Source: an uncultured Verrucomicrobiae bacterium (GTDB lineage Bacteria; Verrucomicrobiota; Verrucomicrobiia; Limisphaerales; Palsa-1400). Taken from it: a stretch of 64,000 nucleotides of DNA. The notes under the pieces are model-generated. The model was not told the DNA's origin. It was given only the letters and a program-made list of their open reading frames with translations, and made no database searches. This document shows positions 9,440 to 20,016 of this stretch, in pieces; positions within the stretch are counted from its first letter, which is position 1; every line of letters begins with the position of its first letter. The position numbers were made by a program, and so were the translations under genes. Location of the stretch: positions 704,001-768,000 of the forward strand of contig CAVXRD010000001.1 of NCBI GenBank assembly GCA_963764165.1. Direction: 5' to 3'.

Positions 9440-12400
9440 ATGACCAAATCTTTTCGCAAGACAAGTGTCGCCAGTGCTTCAGGTAATACCACAAAGTACG
9501 ATGCGCACCACCACGTCTTGGCAAAAGCTTATGGAGCCCAAGCCGACCTGCGACGGGAGCTGTCCGACTCCAAATCCGCCATCGCCGAAAGGACTGAAAT
9601 TCTCAAAATCTTTGCGGATTGCAGCGATCCCCAGCGGGCGTGGCTATTGCTGGAGGATTATTTCGAGAAACTGTCATTGAATCGCAAAGACTTCGGCGCG
9701 CAAGAATGGTGGCAGCGGGTCGTCACGGCGCAGGGCAAGAAGCGCCTGGAAGAAACGGCAATTCTCTTCATGCGGTTTAACCGCCCGCTGCCGACCGAAC
9801 TGCAGCCGCACGCCAACCCGATTCGGTTCGCCGAAATCGAGCAGGCTGAACGCGATCACCGGCTCGTCCAGCAACTGGAGCACTGGCTGTTCCCGGCCTC
9901 TCCTGCCGCGCCGGAAATTCCCCGCGCCTCCATCCGAGTGGCCTGTGAGGTCAAACCGGTCAGCGAAGGCTCGCCGCTCAAAGGGCTCAAGATTTCATTT
10001 TACATCTCCCGCAATCGCACCGGTGAAAAGCATCGGACGGTGGCTGAAGTGGTCGACCTCGCCTCGCGTCCGGCGCATGAGAGGGAGCTGTTTTCTGGCG
10101 GCGATTGGATGTTCATCCAATGGCTGGGCGAAACGCATCCTGATCCGGAAGGCTTGTGGGAATCCCTGTTTTTGAGCGGCTCGGAGCTGTTGCAGTGGCT
10201 CGTGCGCTGGGGCGACCATGGACGGATGCGCGCGGAGGAAACCAACGAGCCGATTGTCTTCGACGGGCAGCTGGCGCACTTGCGTCCGAACCTGGAATCA
10301 ACCGGCGAGCAACTTAGTTTTACACACCGGCTGATTCTTCCCAACGGCGCGTCGCACGCGCTGAATGAGGCGCACTTTTTCGCCGGGCACCCGGCGATGG
10401 CGATGGTGGGAAACACCTTTTACTTGCTGCGAAGCGGGCCGCCGGATGACCTGCTCAATGCCGGTCCGGACAAACGATCCATTCCTGTCAACAAATTAAG
10501 CCATCGGCTGCTGACGCGGCTTCGCAAGACCGAGGCCATAAAAAACATCCAGTGGGATCAATTGTGTGATGTCAATACCGCCCAGCCCCGGTTCATTTTT
10601 GAATTGGTGGATGACGTCGTGCGTTTGCGCCTCGGAGCCAGGTGCGACGACGGAACATTGTGGCATTGGACCAGCCAGGAATGGGAGCGAGACGAGCCGC
10701 GCATTGAAATCAATGCGAAGCCGCGAATCCTGGACGACCCGAGGCTTGAGAAAGCCATCCAATGGCTCAGCCAGCTGGATTGGTTCACTCCCGAACCCGG
10801 CTGCTGGGTCGGCGACGCGAGCGACAATTTCCTGGCCCAAATGGCGGCGGCATGGCCCGACCGCCCCGCGGAAGCGGAATATCTCGGCAATCCCGCTTTT
10901 CACCGATTGTTCCTTGCGCCAACGGCGCTGCGGCCGCGGCTGATGGTGCAAGGCAGCGGGATCGATTGGTTCTCCGTTTCCGCCGCGTGGGAAGCCGAAG
11001 GAATGAAGCTGACGCATGCGGACTTGCTCTGCCTTCAATCCGCAACCGGGCGCTTCATCAAACTGCCCGACGCAGGTTGGATGCAATTGGATTCACAAGC
11101 CGTCCAGAGAGCGCACGAAGCGATGGCCGATCTCGGAATTGAAGGACTGGTTCCTGTTCCGCAACGACTCGGCTTGCAGCAAGCGGCGCATCTTGAGGAG
11201 GAGGGGTTGAAGCGCTTCGGCGATTCTGCCGAGGCAAAAGCGTGGCGGCAGCACCTCGCCGAGTTCCGAGGCATTCCCGCCATGCCCCTGCCCGCCGGCG
11301 TGAAGGCCGAGCTGCGGCCCTACCAGCAAAGCGGATTCGATTTTCTGTGCCACCTCACACAGCACCATCTGGGCGGCATCCTGGCCGACGACATGGGACT
11401 GGGCAAAACGCTGCAAACGCTCGCCTGGCTGGCGTGGCTGAAGGAAACTCAACCCACCGGCAAACCCGCGCTGGTGATCTGCCCGGCTTCCGTGCTTCAC
11501 AACTGGCGGCGCGAGGCGGAACGGTTCACGCCGGATTTGAAGGTGCTCGTTTTGGAGAGCGGCGCGGCCCGCCACAATTTGCGCCGCCGCATTCCCGAGC
11601 ACGATTTGATCGTCACCAATTACGCCCTGCTCCGCCGCGATCTTGAGGCGCTGCAGCAATTCGCTTTCCGTGTCGTCGTGCTGGACGAAGCGCAATTCAT
11701 CAAGAATCCCGACGCGCAGGTGACGATTTCTGTCAAGCAATTGCGCGCCGACCAGCGCCTGGCCCTGACCGGCACGCCGCTGGAAAACCGGCTGCTGGAT
11801 TTGTGGAGCATCGTCGATTTCGTCCAGCCCGGGCATCTTGGCACGCAGCAGAAATTCCGCGAGAAATACGAGCCGGCGGGCCACTCCGACGGCGACGCCC
11901 AGCGCATTGCCCGCCGCCGGATTTCGGCCAAGCTGCGGCCCCTTCTCCTGCGCCGCTTGAAAACCGAAGTGGCGCGCGATTTGCCGGAGCGCATCGAGCA
12001 GCGGCGAGATTGCGACTTGGGCGAATCGCAGCGCAAACTTTACCTCGCGGAATTGCGCCGCAGCCGGGAACAGGTGCTCAGCACTGTCAACGAAACCGGC
12101 GTCAAAGGCAGCACGATGCATGTGCTGGCCGCCCTGACGCGCTTGCGCCAGATTTGCTGCCACCCGGAATTGATCGGCAACGACGCGGCCTCGGGCAAGA
12201 CCGATACGCTGTTCGAATTGCTCGAGCCGCTGCTGGCCGCAAACCACAAAGTTTTGCTCTTCAGCCAATTCGTCCAGATGCTGAAAATCCTGGAGCGCGA
12301 ATGCGCTGCGCGCCATATTCCGACCCACATTCTCACTGGCGAAACGAAGAACCGCCAGGAAGTCACGCAGGCGTTTCATGACGACACGCGCGGGTCGGTC

Positions 12401-12700
12401 TTTCTGTTGAGTTTGCGCGCGGCGGGCACTGGCTTGAACCTGACCACCGCGAGCAACGTCGTGCTTTACGACCCGTGGTGGAATCCGGCCGTTGAAGCGC
12501 AGGCTATTGACCGTTCCCATCGCATCGGCCAGACTCTGACGGTAAATGCGTATCGACTCATCGCGCCGGGCACCGTGGAGGAAAAGATTTGGGAATTGCA
12601 GCAGCGCAAAGCCAAAACGATCGCCGACGTCCTCGGCGAGCAGGGCTTCGCGCGCAATCTCTCCCGCGCCGATCTCGAGTATCTTTTCTCGGAAGATTGA
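9440..12700 (+). CDS. SNF2/SWI2-family helicase-like ATPase with a long N-terminal region
   Basis: [68 protein letters not shown]. Confidence 0.93.
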   Translation: MTKSFRKTSVASASGNTTKYDAHHHVLAKAYGAQADLRRELSDSKSAIAERTEILKIFADCSDPQRAWLLLEDYFEKLSLNRKDFGAQEWWQRVVTAQGKKRLEETAILFMRFNRPLPTELQPHANPIRFAEIEQAERDHRLVQQLEHWLFPASPAAPEIPRASIRVACEVKPVSEGSPLKGLKISFYISRNRTGEKHRTVAEVVDLASRPAHERELFSGGDWMFIQWLGETHPDPEGLWESLFLSGSELLQWLVRWGDHGRMRAEETNEPIVFDGQLAHLRPNLESTGEQLSFTHRLILPNGASHALNEAHFFAGHPAMAMVGNTFYLLRSGPPDDLLNAGPDKRSIPVNKLSHRLLTRLRKTEAIKNIQWDQLCDVNTAQPRFIFELVDDVVRLRLGARCDDGTLWHWTSQEWERDEPRIEINAKPRILDDPRLEKAIQWLSQLDWFTPEPGCWVGDASDNFLAQMAAAWPDRPAEAEYLGNPAFHRLFLAPTALRPRLMVQGSGIDWFSVSAAWEAEGMKLTHADLLCLQSATGRFIKLPDAGWMQLDSQAVQRAHEAMADLGIEGLVPVPQRLGLQQAAHLEEEGLKRFGDSAEAKAWRQHLAEFRGIPAMPLPAGVKAELRPYQQSGFDFLCHLTQHHLGGILADDMGLGKTLQTLAWLAWLKETQPTGKPALVICPASVLHNWRREAERFTPDLKVLVLESGAARHNLRRRIPEHDLIVTNYALLRRDLEALQQFAFRVVVLDEAQFIKNPDAQVTISVKQLRADQRLALTGTPLENRLLDLWSIVDFVQPGHLGTQQKFREKYEPAGHSDGDAQRIARRRISAKLRPLLLRRLKTEVARDLPERIEQRRDCDLGESQRKLYLAELRRSREQVLSTVNETGVKGSTMHVLAALTRLRQICCHPELIGNDAASGKTDTLFELLEPLLAANHKVLLFSQFVQMLKILERECAARHIPTHILTGETKNRQEVTQAFHDDTRGSVFLLSLRAAGTGLNLTTASNVVLYDPWWNPAVEAQAIDRSHRIGQTLTVNAYRLIAPGTVEEKIWELQQRKAKTIADVLGEQGFARNLSRADLEYLFSED

Positions 12701-12707
12701 TCGCGGC

Positions 12708-14186
12708 ATGACCACTTCGGCGGCATCGCGCGGCTGGCTGGCGATTTTTATTTTCGCATTTCTTCTTGTCTCGACGCCTGCGCGCGCGCGATCACCGTTG
12801 TCGGAAGCTCTTGATCGGGCGGGGCAATTGCGCGAAAGCGGCGACTTCAAGGGAGCTGCGGCGGTGTTGAGCGCAGCCATGCAAGACCCGGCCATTTCTC
12901 CTCCGGCGCGAAAAGAATTGGAATTCCAGCGCGACGTGCTGCAGCGCATCAAGGGCGATTACTCCATGACCAAGGACGCGCTCTTCGCCAAATTGAAAAA
13001 ATCGGTTCGCGACGGCGCCACGGAGGAATTTGAAAAATGGCTGGCTGATGGCTGGTTCGATAGCCGTGTTATTGACGGCCAAACTTATTTTGTCGATGCG
13101 AGCGTCAGCAATTTATATTTCCGCCATCCCGAGTTAAAAACCCGGCGGATGGATGGCAAGGATGACACCATCGAACAGCAAGGCCGCCTCGCCCTTGCGC
13201 GAGCCATCAAGGACGCCGCCCGCAAAGAGCACAAACCCTACGTTCTGCCTCACCATTTCTTCTGCACGATGGATGTCACCGCCGCGAAGGACGCGGCGCC
13301 CGCCGGGGAACTGATCCGCGCGTGGCTCCCTGTGCCGCGGAAATATCCGTATCAAGATGAATTCAAATTGACAGGAAGTTCATCGCCCATTCTAAATCTC
13401 GCCCCGGAGACCAGCCCGATTCGCTCCGCATTTTTGGAACAGCGCGCGGTCGCGGGGCAGCCGACAAAATTTGAGATCTCGTTTCAATACAAGGAAGACG
13501 GCGTCTTCTTCGATTTGAAACCCGAGGAGATCAAAGCCATCGATCCGCACGATCCCGAGCTGGCGAAATTCGTGGCGGAAGCGCCGCACGTTGTCTTCAC
13601 TGAGAACATCGTGAAGCAGGCGCGCGACATCGCTGGCTCCGAAAAGAATCCGATGCTGGTGGCCAAGGCATTTTTTGATTGGATCGGCGCGAACATCCAA
13701 TACAGCTTCGCCCGCGAGTATTCGACGCTCACCAACATCAGCGATTACTGCCTGACGCACCGCTACGGCGATTGCGGCCAGGAGGCGCTGCTGTTCATCA
13801 CGCTTTGCCGGTCACGCGGCATTCCCGCGCGCTGGCACACGGGCTGGGATACGTATCCGGGTTTTATTGACATCCACGATTGGACTGAAATTTATCTCGC
13901 GCCCTACGGCTGGGTGCCGGTCGATCCGTGGGCTGGAATTTATTCGGCGAGTTATTGCACGAAATTGACCGAGGCCGAGCGTCACGAATTGCACGACTTT
14001 TATTTCGGCGGTTTGGATTACTACCGGATGGCCGCCAACAGCGACCACAGCGCGGAACTTGACCCCCCAAAGAAAACCATGCGCTCGGACGATGTGGATT
14101 TTCAACGCGGCGAACTGGAATGGCAGGGCGGCAACATTTACTTCGACAAGTACAAATACAAAATAAATGTCCAGGAAATGAAATGA
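12708..14186 (+). CDS. Exported transglutaminase-like domain protein
   Basis: Signal-peptide-like N-terminus; GDCGQEALLFITLCR, HDWTEIY and WVPVD give a Cys-His-Asp triad. Confidence 0.85.
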   Translation: MTTSAASRGWLAIFIFAFLLVSTPARARSPLSEALDRAGQLRESGDFKGAAAVLSAAMQDPAISPPARKELEFQRDVLQRIKGDYSMTKDALFAKLKKSVRDGATEEFEKWLADGWFDSRVIDGQTYFVDASVSNLYFRHPELKTRRMDGKDDTIEQQGRLALARAIKDAARKEHKPYVLPHHFFCTMDVTAAKDAAPAGELIRAWLPVPRKYPYQDEFKLTGSSSPILNLAPETSPIRSAFLEQRAVAGQPTKFEISFQYKEDGVFFDLKPEEIKAIDPHDPELAKFVAEAPHVVFTENIVKQARDIAGSEKNPMLVAKAFFDWIGANIQYSFAREYSTLTNISDYCLTHRYGDCGQEALLFITLCRSRGIPARWHTGWDTYPGFIDIHDWTEIYLAPYGWVPVDPWAGIYSASYCTKLTEAERHELHDFYFGGLDYYRMAANSDHSAELDPPKKTMRSDDVDFQRGELEWQGGNIYFDKYKYKINVQEMK

Positions 14187-15001
14187 AGTTCTCCTCCAAA
14201 AAAGCGCTTGATGTATCGGTGAAGGCCGCTCGTGCCGCCGGCAAACTCATGGGCAGCCAAAAGGGCGAGCCGAAAAAGATCAACGAGCAATCGCAACACG
14301 ACATCAAACTCGAATTGGACGTGCGCTGCCAGAAGCTGATCGAAGGCATCCTGCTGAAGGCTTTTCCCGAATCCGCTTTTTTGGGCGAAGAAGGATTGGC
14401 TGGAGAGGCGGGCTCCCCGCTCCGGTGGGTCGTCGATCCCATTGATGGCACAGTTAATTTCACTTACGGGATTCCGCACGCCTGCGTTTCGATTGCGCTG
14501 CAACAGCGCGGTGAAGACGGGAAATTCGCAACTGTCGTTGGCGTCATTTATGATCCATTTTGCGACGAGTTGTGGTCAGCCATTCGCGGGCAGCCGGCGA
14601 AGCTCAATGGCAAAATCATTCACGTCAGCAAACACACGGAATTGGCTGAGTCCATCGTCTCCATCGGCTTTTCCAAAACTGACGACAGCCTCCGTGAAAA
14701 TCTTCCCGTGTTTAATTTGCTTGTCCGGCGCGTCCGCAAGATTCGCATGATGGGAGCGGCGGCGCTCGCATTGACTTACGTCGCCAGCGGAAGATTCGAC
14801 GCTTACATCGAGTCCGGAATATCCCTGTGGGACATTGCCGCGGGCGGCCTAATTTTGGAATGCGCCGGCGGTGAATTTTGGCATCACGAAATTCCCAATT
14901 CTACGAAATTCACCATGATCGCCAACAACGGCCTCCTCCGCGGCAAACTGGAAAAGCTGAAGCGGGAGGCGCACAAGACTCAGCCAAAAACAGGTCACTG
15001 A
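14183..15001 (+). CDS. suhB: Inositol monophosphatase family protein (SuhB-like)
   Basis: LGEEG, WVVDPIDGTVNF, GAAALAL, LWDIAAG; ATGA overlap with the upstream gene. Confidence 0.88.
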   Translation: MKFSSKKALDVSVKAARAAGKLMGSQKGEPKKINEQSQHDIKLELDVRCQKLIEGILLKAFPESAFLGEEGLAGEAGSPLRWVVDPIDGTVNFTYGIPHACVSIALQQRGEDGKFATVVGVIYDPFCDELWSAIRGQPAKLNGKIIHVSKHTELAESIVSIGFSKTDDSLRENLPVFNLLVRRVRKIRMMGAAALALTYVASGRFDAYIESGISLWDIAAGGLILECAGGEFWHHEIPNSTKFTMIANNGLLRGKLEKLKREAHKTQPKTGH

Positions 15002-15041
15002 AACATTGAGGGACGGGCAAAGATCGAATAGACTTGCGCCA

Positions 15042-16775
15042 ATGCTGACACGACTGCGAATCAGGAATTTTAAGCGGTTTCCCGAGGCAGATATTGAATT
15101 AGGGCGGGCGGTTGTCTTCGTCGGTCAGAACAACTCAGGCAAAACAACCGCCCTTCAATCGCTGGCTTTGTGGAGCGCCGGCCTTCGAAAATGGAATGAA
15201 GCGCACAAGGGAAAGACAGCCCCCTCGAAACGTCCCGGCGTTACCATCAATCGCCGCGACCTTGTCGCCATCCCGGTGCCGAGCGCAAATCTCCTTTGGC
15301 GTAATCTGCGAGTTCGCGACGTCAAGAAGACCGACGCCGGCCAGCAAACCGACGGGATTCGCATCGACATCATTGTTGATGGCGTTCATGAAGGGAAAGA
15401 ATGGTGTTGCGGACTCGAATTCGACTACGCCAATCCAGAATCGTTTTATTGCCGGCCATTGCGCGGCGCCGACGGAAATCCTTCCGACCGAATGCTTGTG
15501 CCACCTCAGGCAGCCGAAACGGCGATAGCCTTTTTGCCGCCGATGTCCGGGATGGCGGCCTCGGAACCGAAGTGGGAAACTGGGCGGATTAACGTGCTGC
15601 TGGGTGAAGGCCAAACGGCGCAAGTGCTGCGCAATCTATGTTACCAACTTTACGAGCGCGGGGAATCCTCCAAAGATTGGAATGAAGTTTCCTCGTATAT
15701 CAAATCCCTTTTTGGCGCGGAGCTGCAGCCTCCGGAATTCATCAAGGAGCGCGGGGAAATCACGATGGCTTACAAGGATTCGGAAGGATCGATCTTGGAT
15801 CTCTCGTGCGCTGGCCGAGGCCTCCAGCAAACGCTTTTGCTGCTGGCTCATCTTTACGCGAACCCAAAGACGGCTCTTTTGCTTGACGAGCCAGACGCCC
15901 ATCTTGAGGTACTCCGCCAGCGGCAAATTTACAAAATACTGACAGACGTGGCGGCCAGCCAGGGATCGCAAATCATCGCGGCGAGCCATTCCGAAGTTGT
16001 CCTAAACGAGGCGGCAAACCGTGACATGGTAATCGCATTCGTGGGTGCACCTCATCGCATCGACGATCGGGGGCATCAGGTTGTCAAAGCGCTAACTGAC
16101 ATTGGATTTGACCAATATTACCAGGCTGAATTAAAAGGCTGGGTCCTCTACCTCGAAGGCTCCACGGACCTCGCCATCCTTCAGGCTTTCGCCCGGACTT
16201 TGGGGCATCCAGCCAGCGCCATTTTGGATCGTCCTTTTGTCCACTACCTGACGACGAACCTTCCCACCCGCGCTCGCGAGCATTTTTTTGGACTTTGCGA
16301 GGCGAAACCAGATTTGATGGGCTTTGCGCTGTTCGACCGGATTGACAAGCCCTTAGCCCGCGACACCGCCTTGGTTGAAACAACGTGGCAGAAGCGGGAA
16401 ATCGAAAATTATCTTTGCATGGAATCTGTCCTGCTTGCCTACGCGCAGAAGGACGACGCAGACGATCTGTTCGCGCGAGCAGAATCCTCTCGTCGAATCC
16501 AGACGATGCGCGAATCCATCAGCGAGATCACCCATGCCATGCAGACTCTCGGCAAGCCCAATCCATGGTCAGCAGATGTCAAAGCGAGCGATGACTTCCT
16601 CAACCCACTATTTGATCTTTATTTTAGAAATCTCCAAATGCCAAACATGCTTCGGAAATCGGGCTACCACCTTCTCGCCAGCCTGGTTACCAAAGAGAAA
16701 ATTGATCCCGAGGTTACTGTGAAACTCGATGGAATTCTCGCCATCGCACAAAAAGCGATTGCTCAGGAAGATTAA
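15042..16775 (+). CDS. ABC-type ATPase fused to a TOPRIM-like domain (OLD/GajA-like ATP-dependent nuclease architecture)
   Basis: IRNFKRF, Walker A GQNNSGKT, signature-like AGRGLQQ, Walker B LLLDEPDAHL, ASHS; C-terminal LYLEGSTD, FDRID and EIENY. Confidence 0.75.
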   Translation: MLTRLRIRNFKRFPEADIELGRAVVFVGQNNSGKTTALQSLALWSAGLRKWNEAHKGKTAPSKRPGVTINRRDLVAIPVPSANLLWRNLRVRDVKKTDAGQQTDGIRIDIIVDGVHEGKEWCCGLEFDYANPESFYCRPLRGADGNPSDRMLVPPQAAETAIAFLPPMSGMAASEPKWETGRINVLLGEGQTAQVLRNLCYQLYERGESSKDWNEVSSYIKSLFGAELQPPEFIKERGEITMAYKDSEGSILDLSCAGRGLQQTLLLLAHLYANPKTALLLDEPDAHLEVLRQRQIYKILTDVAASQGSQIIAASHSEVVLNEAANRDMVIAFVGAPHRIDDRGHQVVKALTDIGFDQYYQAELKGWVLYLEGSTDLAILQAFARTLGHPASAILDRPFVHYLTTNLPTRAREHFFGLCEAKPDLMGFALFDRIDKPLARDTALVETTWQKREIENYLCMESVLLAYAQKDDADDLFARAESSRRIQTMRESISEITHAMQTLGKPNPWSADVKASDDFLNPLFDLYFRNLQMPNMLRKSGYHLLASLVTKEKIDPEVTVKLDGILAIAQKAIAQED

Positions 16776-16788
16776 AGCTTCCCGGCGC

Positions 16789-18126
16789 TCAAGCCTCAAT
16801 CCCGTAAATCTTGATCTTGTTGTAGAGCGTCTGGCGGCCGATGCCGAGTCGCTTGGCGGTTTCGAGTTTGTTGCCGTTGGTGTCCTTCAGCATTTGCAGA
16901 ATCGCATTGCGCTCCATCGCTTCCATCAAGGTCAAATCTGGGCTTTCGGCGGCGGCGGGGACGGCGGTCACGGAAAGATCGCGCTCGGTAATTTGAGCCC
17001 CTTCGCACATCAGGACGGCGCGCTGAATTTCATTCTGCAATTGGCGCACGTTGCCGGGCCAGTCAAACGCGCGCAGCGCCTCGCTGGCCACGGGACTGAA
17101 TCCGGTCAGGTTGCGCCCGGCTTGCGCGCCGAATCGTTTCAGAAAAGCGGTCGCCAGCGGGATGATGTCCTCGCGGCGGTCGCGCAGCGGCGGCAAATGA
17201 ACGGAAATGGCGCCGATGCGATAATAAAGATCTTCGCGCAAGCGGCCGGACTTGATCGCCTCGTCCGTGGGGCGGTTGGTGGCGGCGATGATGCGGCAAT
17301 CCGTTTTGTAACTGATGCGCCCCCCGACCGGCCGAACTTCCTTTTCCTGAAGGACACGGAGCAATTTGCTCTGCGTATCAATCGGCATTTCGGAAAGCTC
17401 GTCGAGCAGCAGGGTGCCGCCTTCGGCCTGGCGAAAAAGCCCGTCGCGATCCACATTCGCGCCAGTGAAGGCGCCTTTGACCGAACCGAACAATTCGCTT
17501 TCGATCAACTCGCGAGGCAGCGCGGCGCAGTTGATTTTGATGAGCGGGCCTTTGTTGCGCGGGCTTAAGTTGTGAATCAAATCCGCAATGACTTCCTTGC
17601 CGGTGCCGCTCTCGCCGGTGATCAAGATGGAGACGTCACTCGGAGCGATGCGCTCGATGGTGCGCACCACCGCTTTCATGCCCGTGCTCTGGAACACCGG
17701 CGACGATGCGCCGCTCATGGTGTCCAGCGCCTTTCGCAGCGACGTTGTTTCCTGATTCAGCCGGCGATGCTCCATCGCGCGCTCGACGGAAAGCAGCATG
17801 AGCTTTTGATCGAAGGGCTTGGTTTGAAAATCGTAAGCGCCGCGCTTGATCGCCTCGACCGCCTTTTCGAAGGCGGCATTTCCCGTCAAGACGATCACCT
17901 GCGTATCCGGCCAGTTTTTCTTAATCTGCGGAATGAGATCCATTCCATCGCCATCCGGCAGCGCGAGGTCGAGGAGAATCACGTCCGGCTGCGTCTCGGT
18001 GAAGGCGCTCAACAACTGGGTGGCGTTTGATTTGGGGATGGCTTCGTAACCGCTTCGTTGCAAGATCGCTCCGATCAAGTCTCGCACGCCATCGGTATCA
18101 TCCACCACCATGATCTTTGCTTTCAT
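16789..18126 (-). CDS. Sigma-54-dependent response regulator (NtrC/AtoC family)
   Basis: REC domain (VVDD, LLDLALPD), GESGTGKE, GAFTGA, WPGNVRQL and a C-terminal Fis-type HTH. Confidence 0.95.
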   Translation of the reverse strand: MKAKIMVVDDTDGVRDLIGAILQRSGYEAIPKSNATQLLSAFTETQPDVILLDLALPDGDGMDLIPQIKKNWPDTQVIVLTGNAAFEKAVEAIKRGAYDFQTKPFDQKLMLLSVERAMEHRRLNQETTSLRKALDTMSGASSPVFQSTGMKAVVRTIERIAPSDVSILITGESGTGKEVIADLIHNLSPRNKGPLIKINCAALPRELIESELFGSVKGAFTGANVDRDGLFRQAEGGTLLLDELSEMPIDTQSKLLRVLQEKEVRPVGGRISYKTDCRIIAATNRPTDEAIKSGRLREDLYYRIGAISVHLPPLRDRREDIIPLATAFLKRFGAQAGRNLTGFSPVASEALRAFDWPGNVRQLQNEIQRAVLMCEGAQITERDLSVTAVPAAAESPDLTLMEAMERNAILQMLKDTNGNKLETAKRLGIGRQTLYNKIKIYGIEA

Positions 18127-18132
18127 ACGTTT

Positions 18133-18885
18133 CTATCCGGTCTCATGAAGACATGCGGCGACGAATCGCTCAAATAATTGCCGGAAAAGCGGGTCACTGT
18201 CAATAAGCCGCTCCGGGTGAAACTGGACGGAGAGCAGGAAAGGCGAGCCCCGATCCTTCAATTCCGCCGCTTCGATGACTCCATCCGCGCTCCGCGCCAC
18301 CACGCGCAACGGCTCCGCCACGGCGCCGATGGCCTGATGGTGCGTGCTGTTCACTTCCACCGATTCCTTTCCCAGCACGCTCGCCAGCAACGAATCCGGC
18401 TCAACCCGGATTTCATGCACCGGCTCTGATTTCTTATCCGTGCGGCGATGATTCAACGCTCCAGGAATCTGCGTTCCAATATCCACCACCAGCGTTCCGC
18501 CGAGCGCCACGTTCAACATCTGATGGCCGCGGCAAATGGCCAGGAGCGGTCTCCCCTTTTGAAAAACTTCCGCGATGATTCCGGCTTCCCATTGATCGCG
18601 CTCGGGTTCGATGCCGCCCACCGTCCTGGCCAATTCCGCGGAGAGTTCCGGCGCGTAAATTTTCGGGTCAACATCCTCGCCTCCTGTCAATAATACTCCA
18701 TCACAACGCTCGACCGCATCGGCGATGACGGAACGGTCAGTGGTGGCGGGAAAAACCACCGGCAAACCGCCCGCGGCGATGACGGCGTCGGTGTAACGAT
18801 TGGAAAGGCTGATCGAGGCATCGGAAAACTCCTCGCCCTTGGCCGCCGTGCTCGGCGCAATCAAAATAATGGGGCGTCGTGACAT
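18133..18885 (-). CDS. Gamma-glutamyl-gamma-aminobutyrate hydrolase family protein (peptidase C26, PuuD-like)
   Basis: LLTGGEDVDP, AICRGHQMLNVALGG, VNSTHHQAI, VQFHPE. Confidence 0.9.
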   Translation of the reverse strand: MSRRPIILIAPSTAAKGEEFSDASISLSNRYTDAVIAAGGLPVVFPATTDRSVIADAVERCDGVLLTGGEDVDPKIYAPELSAELARTVGGIEPERDQWEAGIIAEVFQKGRPLLAICRGHQMLNVALGGTLVVDIGTQIPGALNHRRTDKKSEPVHEIRVEPDSLLASVLGKESVEVNSTHHQAIGAVAEPLRVVARSADGVIEAAELKDRGSPFLLSVQFHPERLIDSDPLFRQLFERFVAACLHETG

Positions 18886-18886
18886 C

Positions 18887-19156
18887 TTAATAAGTCGTTC
18901 CCGGAAAACGCTCGGCAATGATTTTCTCGATCTTCTCCTCTTCCTCCGGGCGCAACAGGCGCCGGTTGATGCGGCGGCGAACCGAATCCAGCAGCGCGAG
19001 CCAATCCTCCGCGGGAGGCTGCTTGATTTCCTCCCAGCGATCAAAGCGCTTTTCGCGCCGGTAAAAAATCCACTGCTTGCCGACGTGCTGGGCATAGCAT
19101 TGCAGCGACACCCCTTCGGGCGTCTCGCGCGTCCAGCTTATTTCCGCTTTTGGCAT
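18887..19156 (-). CDS. Hypothetical protein (89 aa)
   Basis: Fills the gap between ispF and the C26 gene with 9-nt and 1-nt spacing on the same strand. Confidence 0.75.
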   Translation of the reverse strand: MPKAEISWTRETPEGVSLQCYAQHVGKQWIFYRREKRFDRWEEIKQPPAEDWLALLDSVRRRINRRLLRPEEEEKIEKIIAERFPGTTY

Positions 19157-19165
19157 GTAAATGAT

Positions 19166-19651
19166 TTACGGCGATTCCGGCAAATCCACGCTGGCCACCG
19201 CCATGGCCGCGATCCCCTCGCCGCGCCCTATGAAACCCATGCATTCGTTGGTGGTTGCCTTGATGCCGATCTTTCCAGCGGAAACGCCAAGCGCTTCGGC
19301 GATGTTCACCTTCATCGCAGCGGCGTGGGGCATCAGCTTCGGTTCCTGCGCGATGATGGTTGCATCGACGTTGATGATTTTCCCGGTCTTAAACGTAACC
19401 TGCCGGGCGGCCTCTTGCAAAAAAAGTTTGCTCGCCGCCCCGCGCCAGCGCGGATCGGAATTCGGGAAGAACTGCCCGATGTCCCCCAGGCCCAAGGCTC
19501 CGAGAACCGCATCGCAAATGGCGTGCATGAGCGCATCGGCGTCTGAATGGCCGTCCAGACCCTTGGTGTGGGGAATGGCCACTCCGCCAAGGATCAGTTT
19601 TCGCCCCTCGACCAACTGATGCACATCGTATCCGATTCCAACATGAATCAT
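19166..19651 (-). CDS. ispF: 2-C-methyl-D-erythritol 2,4-cyclodiphosphate synthase
   Basis: GIGYDVH, GHSDAD, LGDIGQFFP, KATTNE, GRGEGIAA. Confidence 0.97.
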   Translation of the reverse strand: MIHVGIGYDVHQLVEGRKLILGGVAIPHTKGLDGHSDADALMHAICDAVLGALGLGDIGQFFPNSDPRWRGAASKLFLQEAARQVTFKTGKIINVDATIIAQEPKLMPHAAAMKVNIAEALGVSAGKIGIKATTNECMGFIGRGEGIAAMAVASVDLPESP

Positions 19652-19823
19652 AAAACGCGCGAGTATAACGTGTTCCGCAAGCAATCAAAGAGTTTCTTTT
19701 GCGCAGACCATAGTTTTCTGTCATTGGCAGAAGCAGTTTTTCCCCTATAAAGCATACAGGCGCCTCCCTGATTGCAGGAATTCATATGTCTGTTAAAGTT
19801 TTTACGTTGTTTGGGGGATATAA

Positions 19824-19862
19824 GACCCGCCCGGTGATTGGTTGCATCGGGCGGGTTTTTCT
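19824..19862 (+). terminator. Rho-independent terminator-like hairpin
   Basis: ACCCGCCCGGTG-attggttg-CATCGGGCGGGT followed by a T-run. Confidence 0.65.
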
Positions 19863-19873
19863 TTCCTCCTTTT

Positions 19874-19957
19874 GGCAGGGCGAGACTCTGTCGAGCCGTG
19901 ATTAATTCTCGTTTCCCCAAAAAATCCAATCAGGGCTCGACAGAGTCTCGCCCTGCC
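19874..19957. repeat. REPIN-like inverted repeat, family A
   Basis: Perfect 24-bp arms GGCAGGGCGAGACTCTGTCGAGCC ... GGCTCGACAGAGTCTCGCCCTGCC. Confidence 0.85.
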
Positions 19958-20016
19958 GTTCTCAAACCGCCCTTGCCGTTCGTTCATCCAAATGTATTCT
20001 GTCCGCGTGATTTTAT

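Noticed and set aside
11093..12952. 619-aa minus-strand ORF
   Set aside because: Antisense shadow of the SNF2 gene, typical of high-GC DNA; no motifs. The same applies to 1255-2304, 35399-36553, 38998-40383 and 42098-43258.
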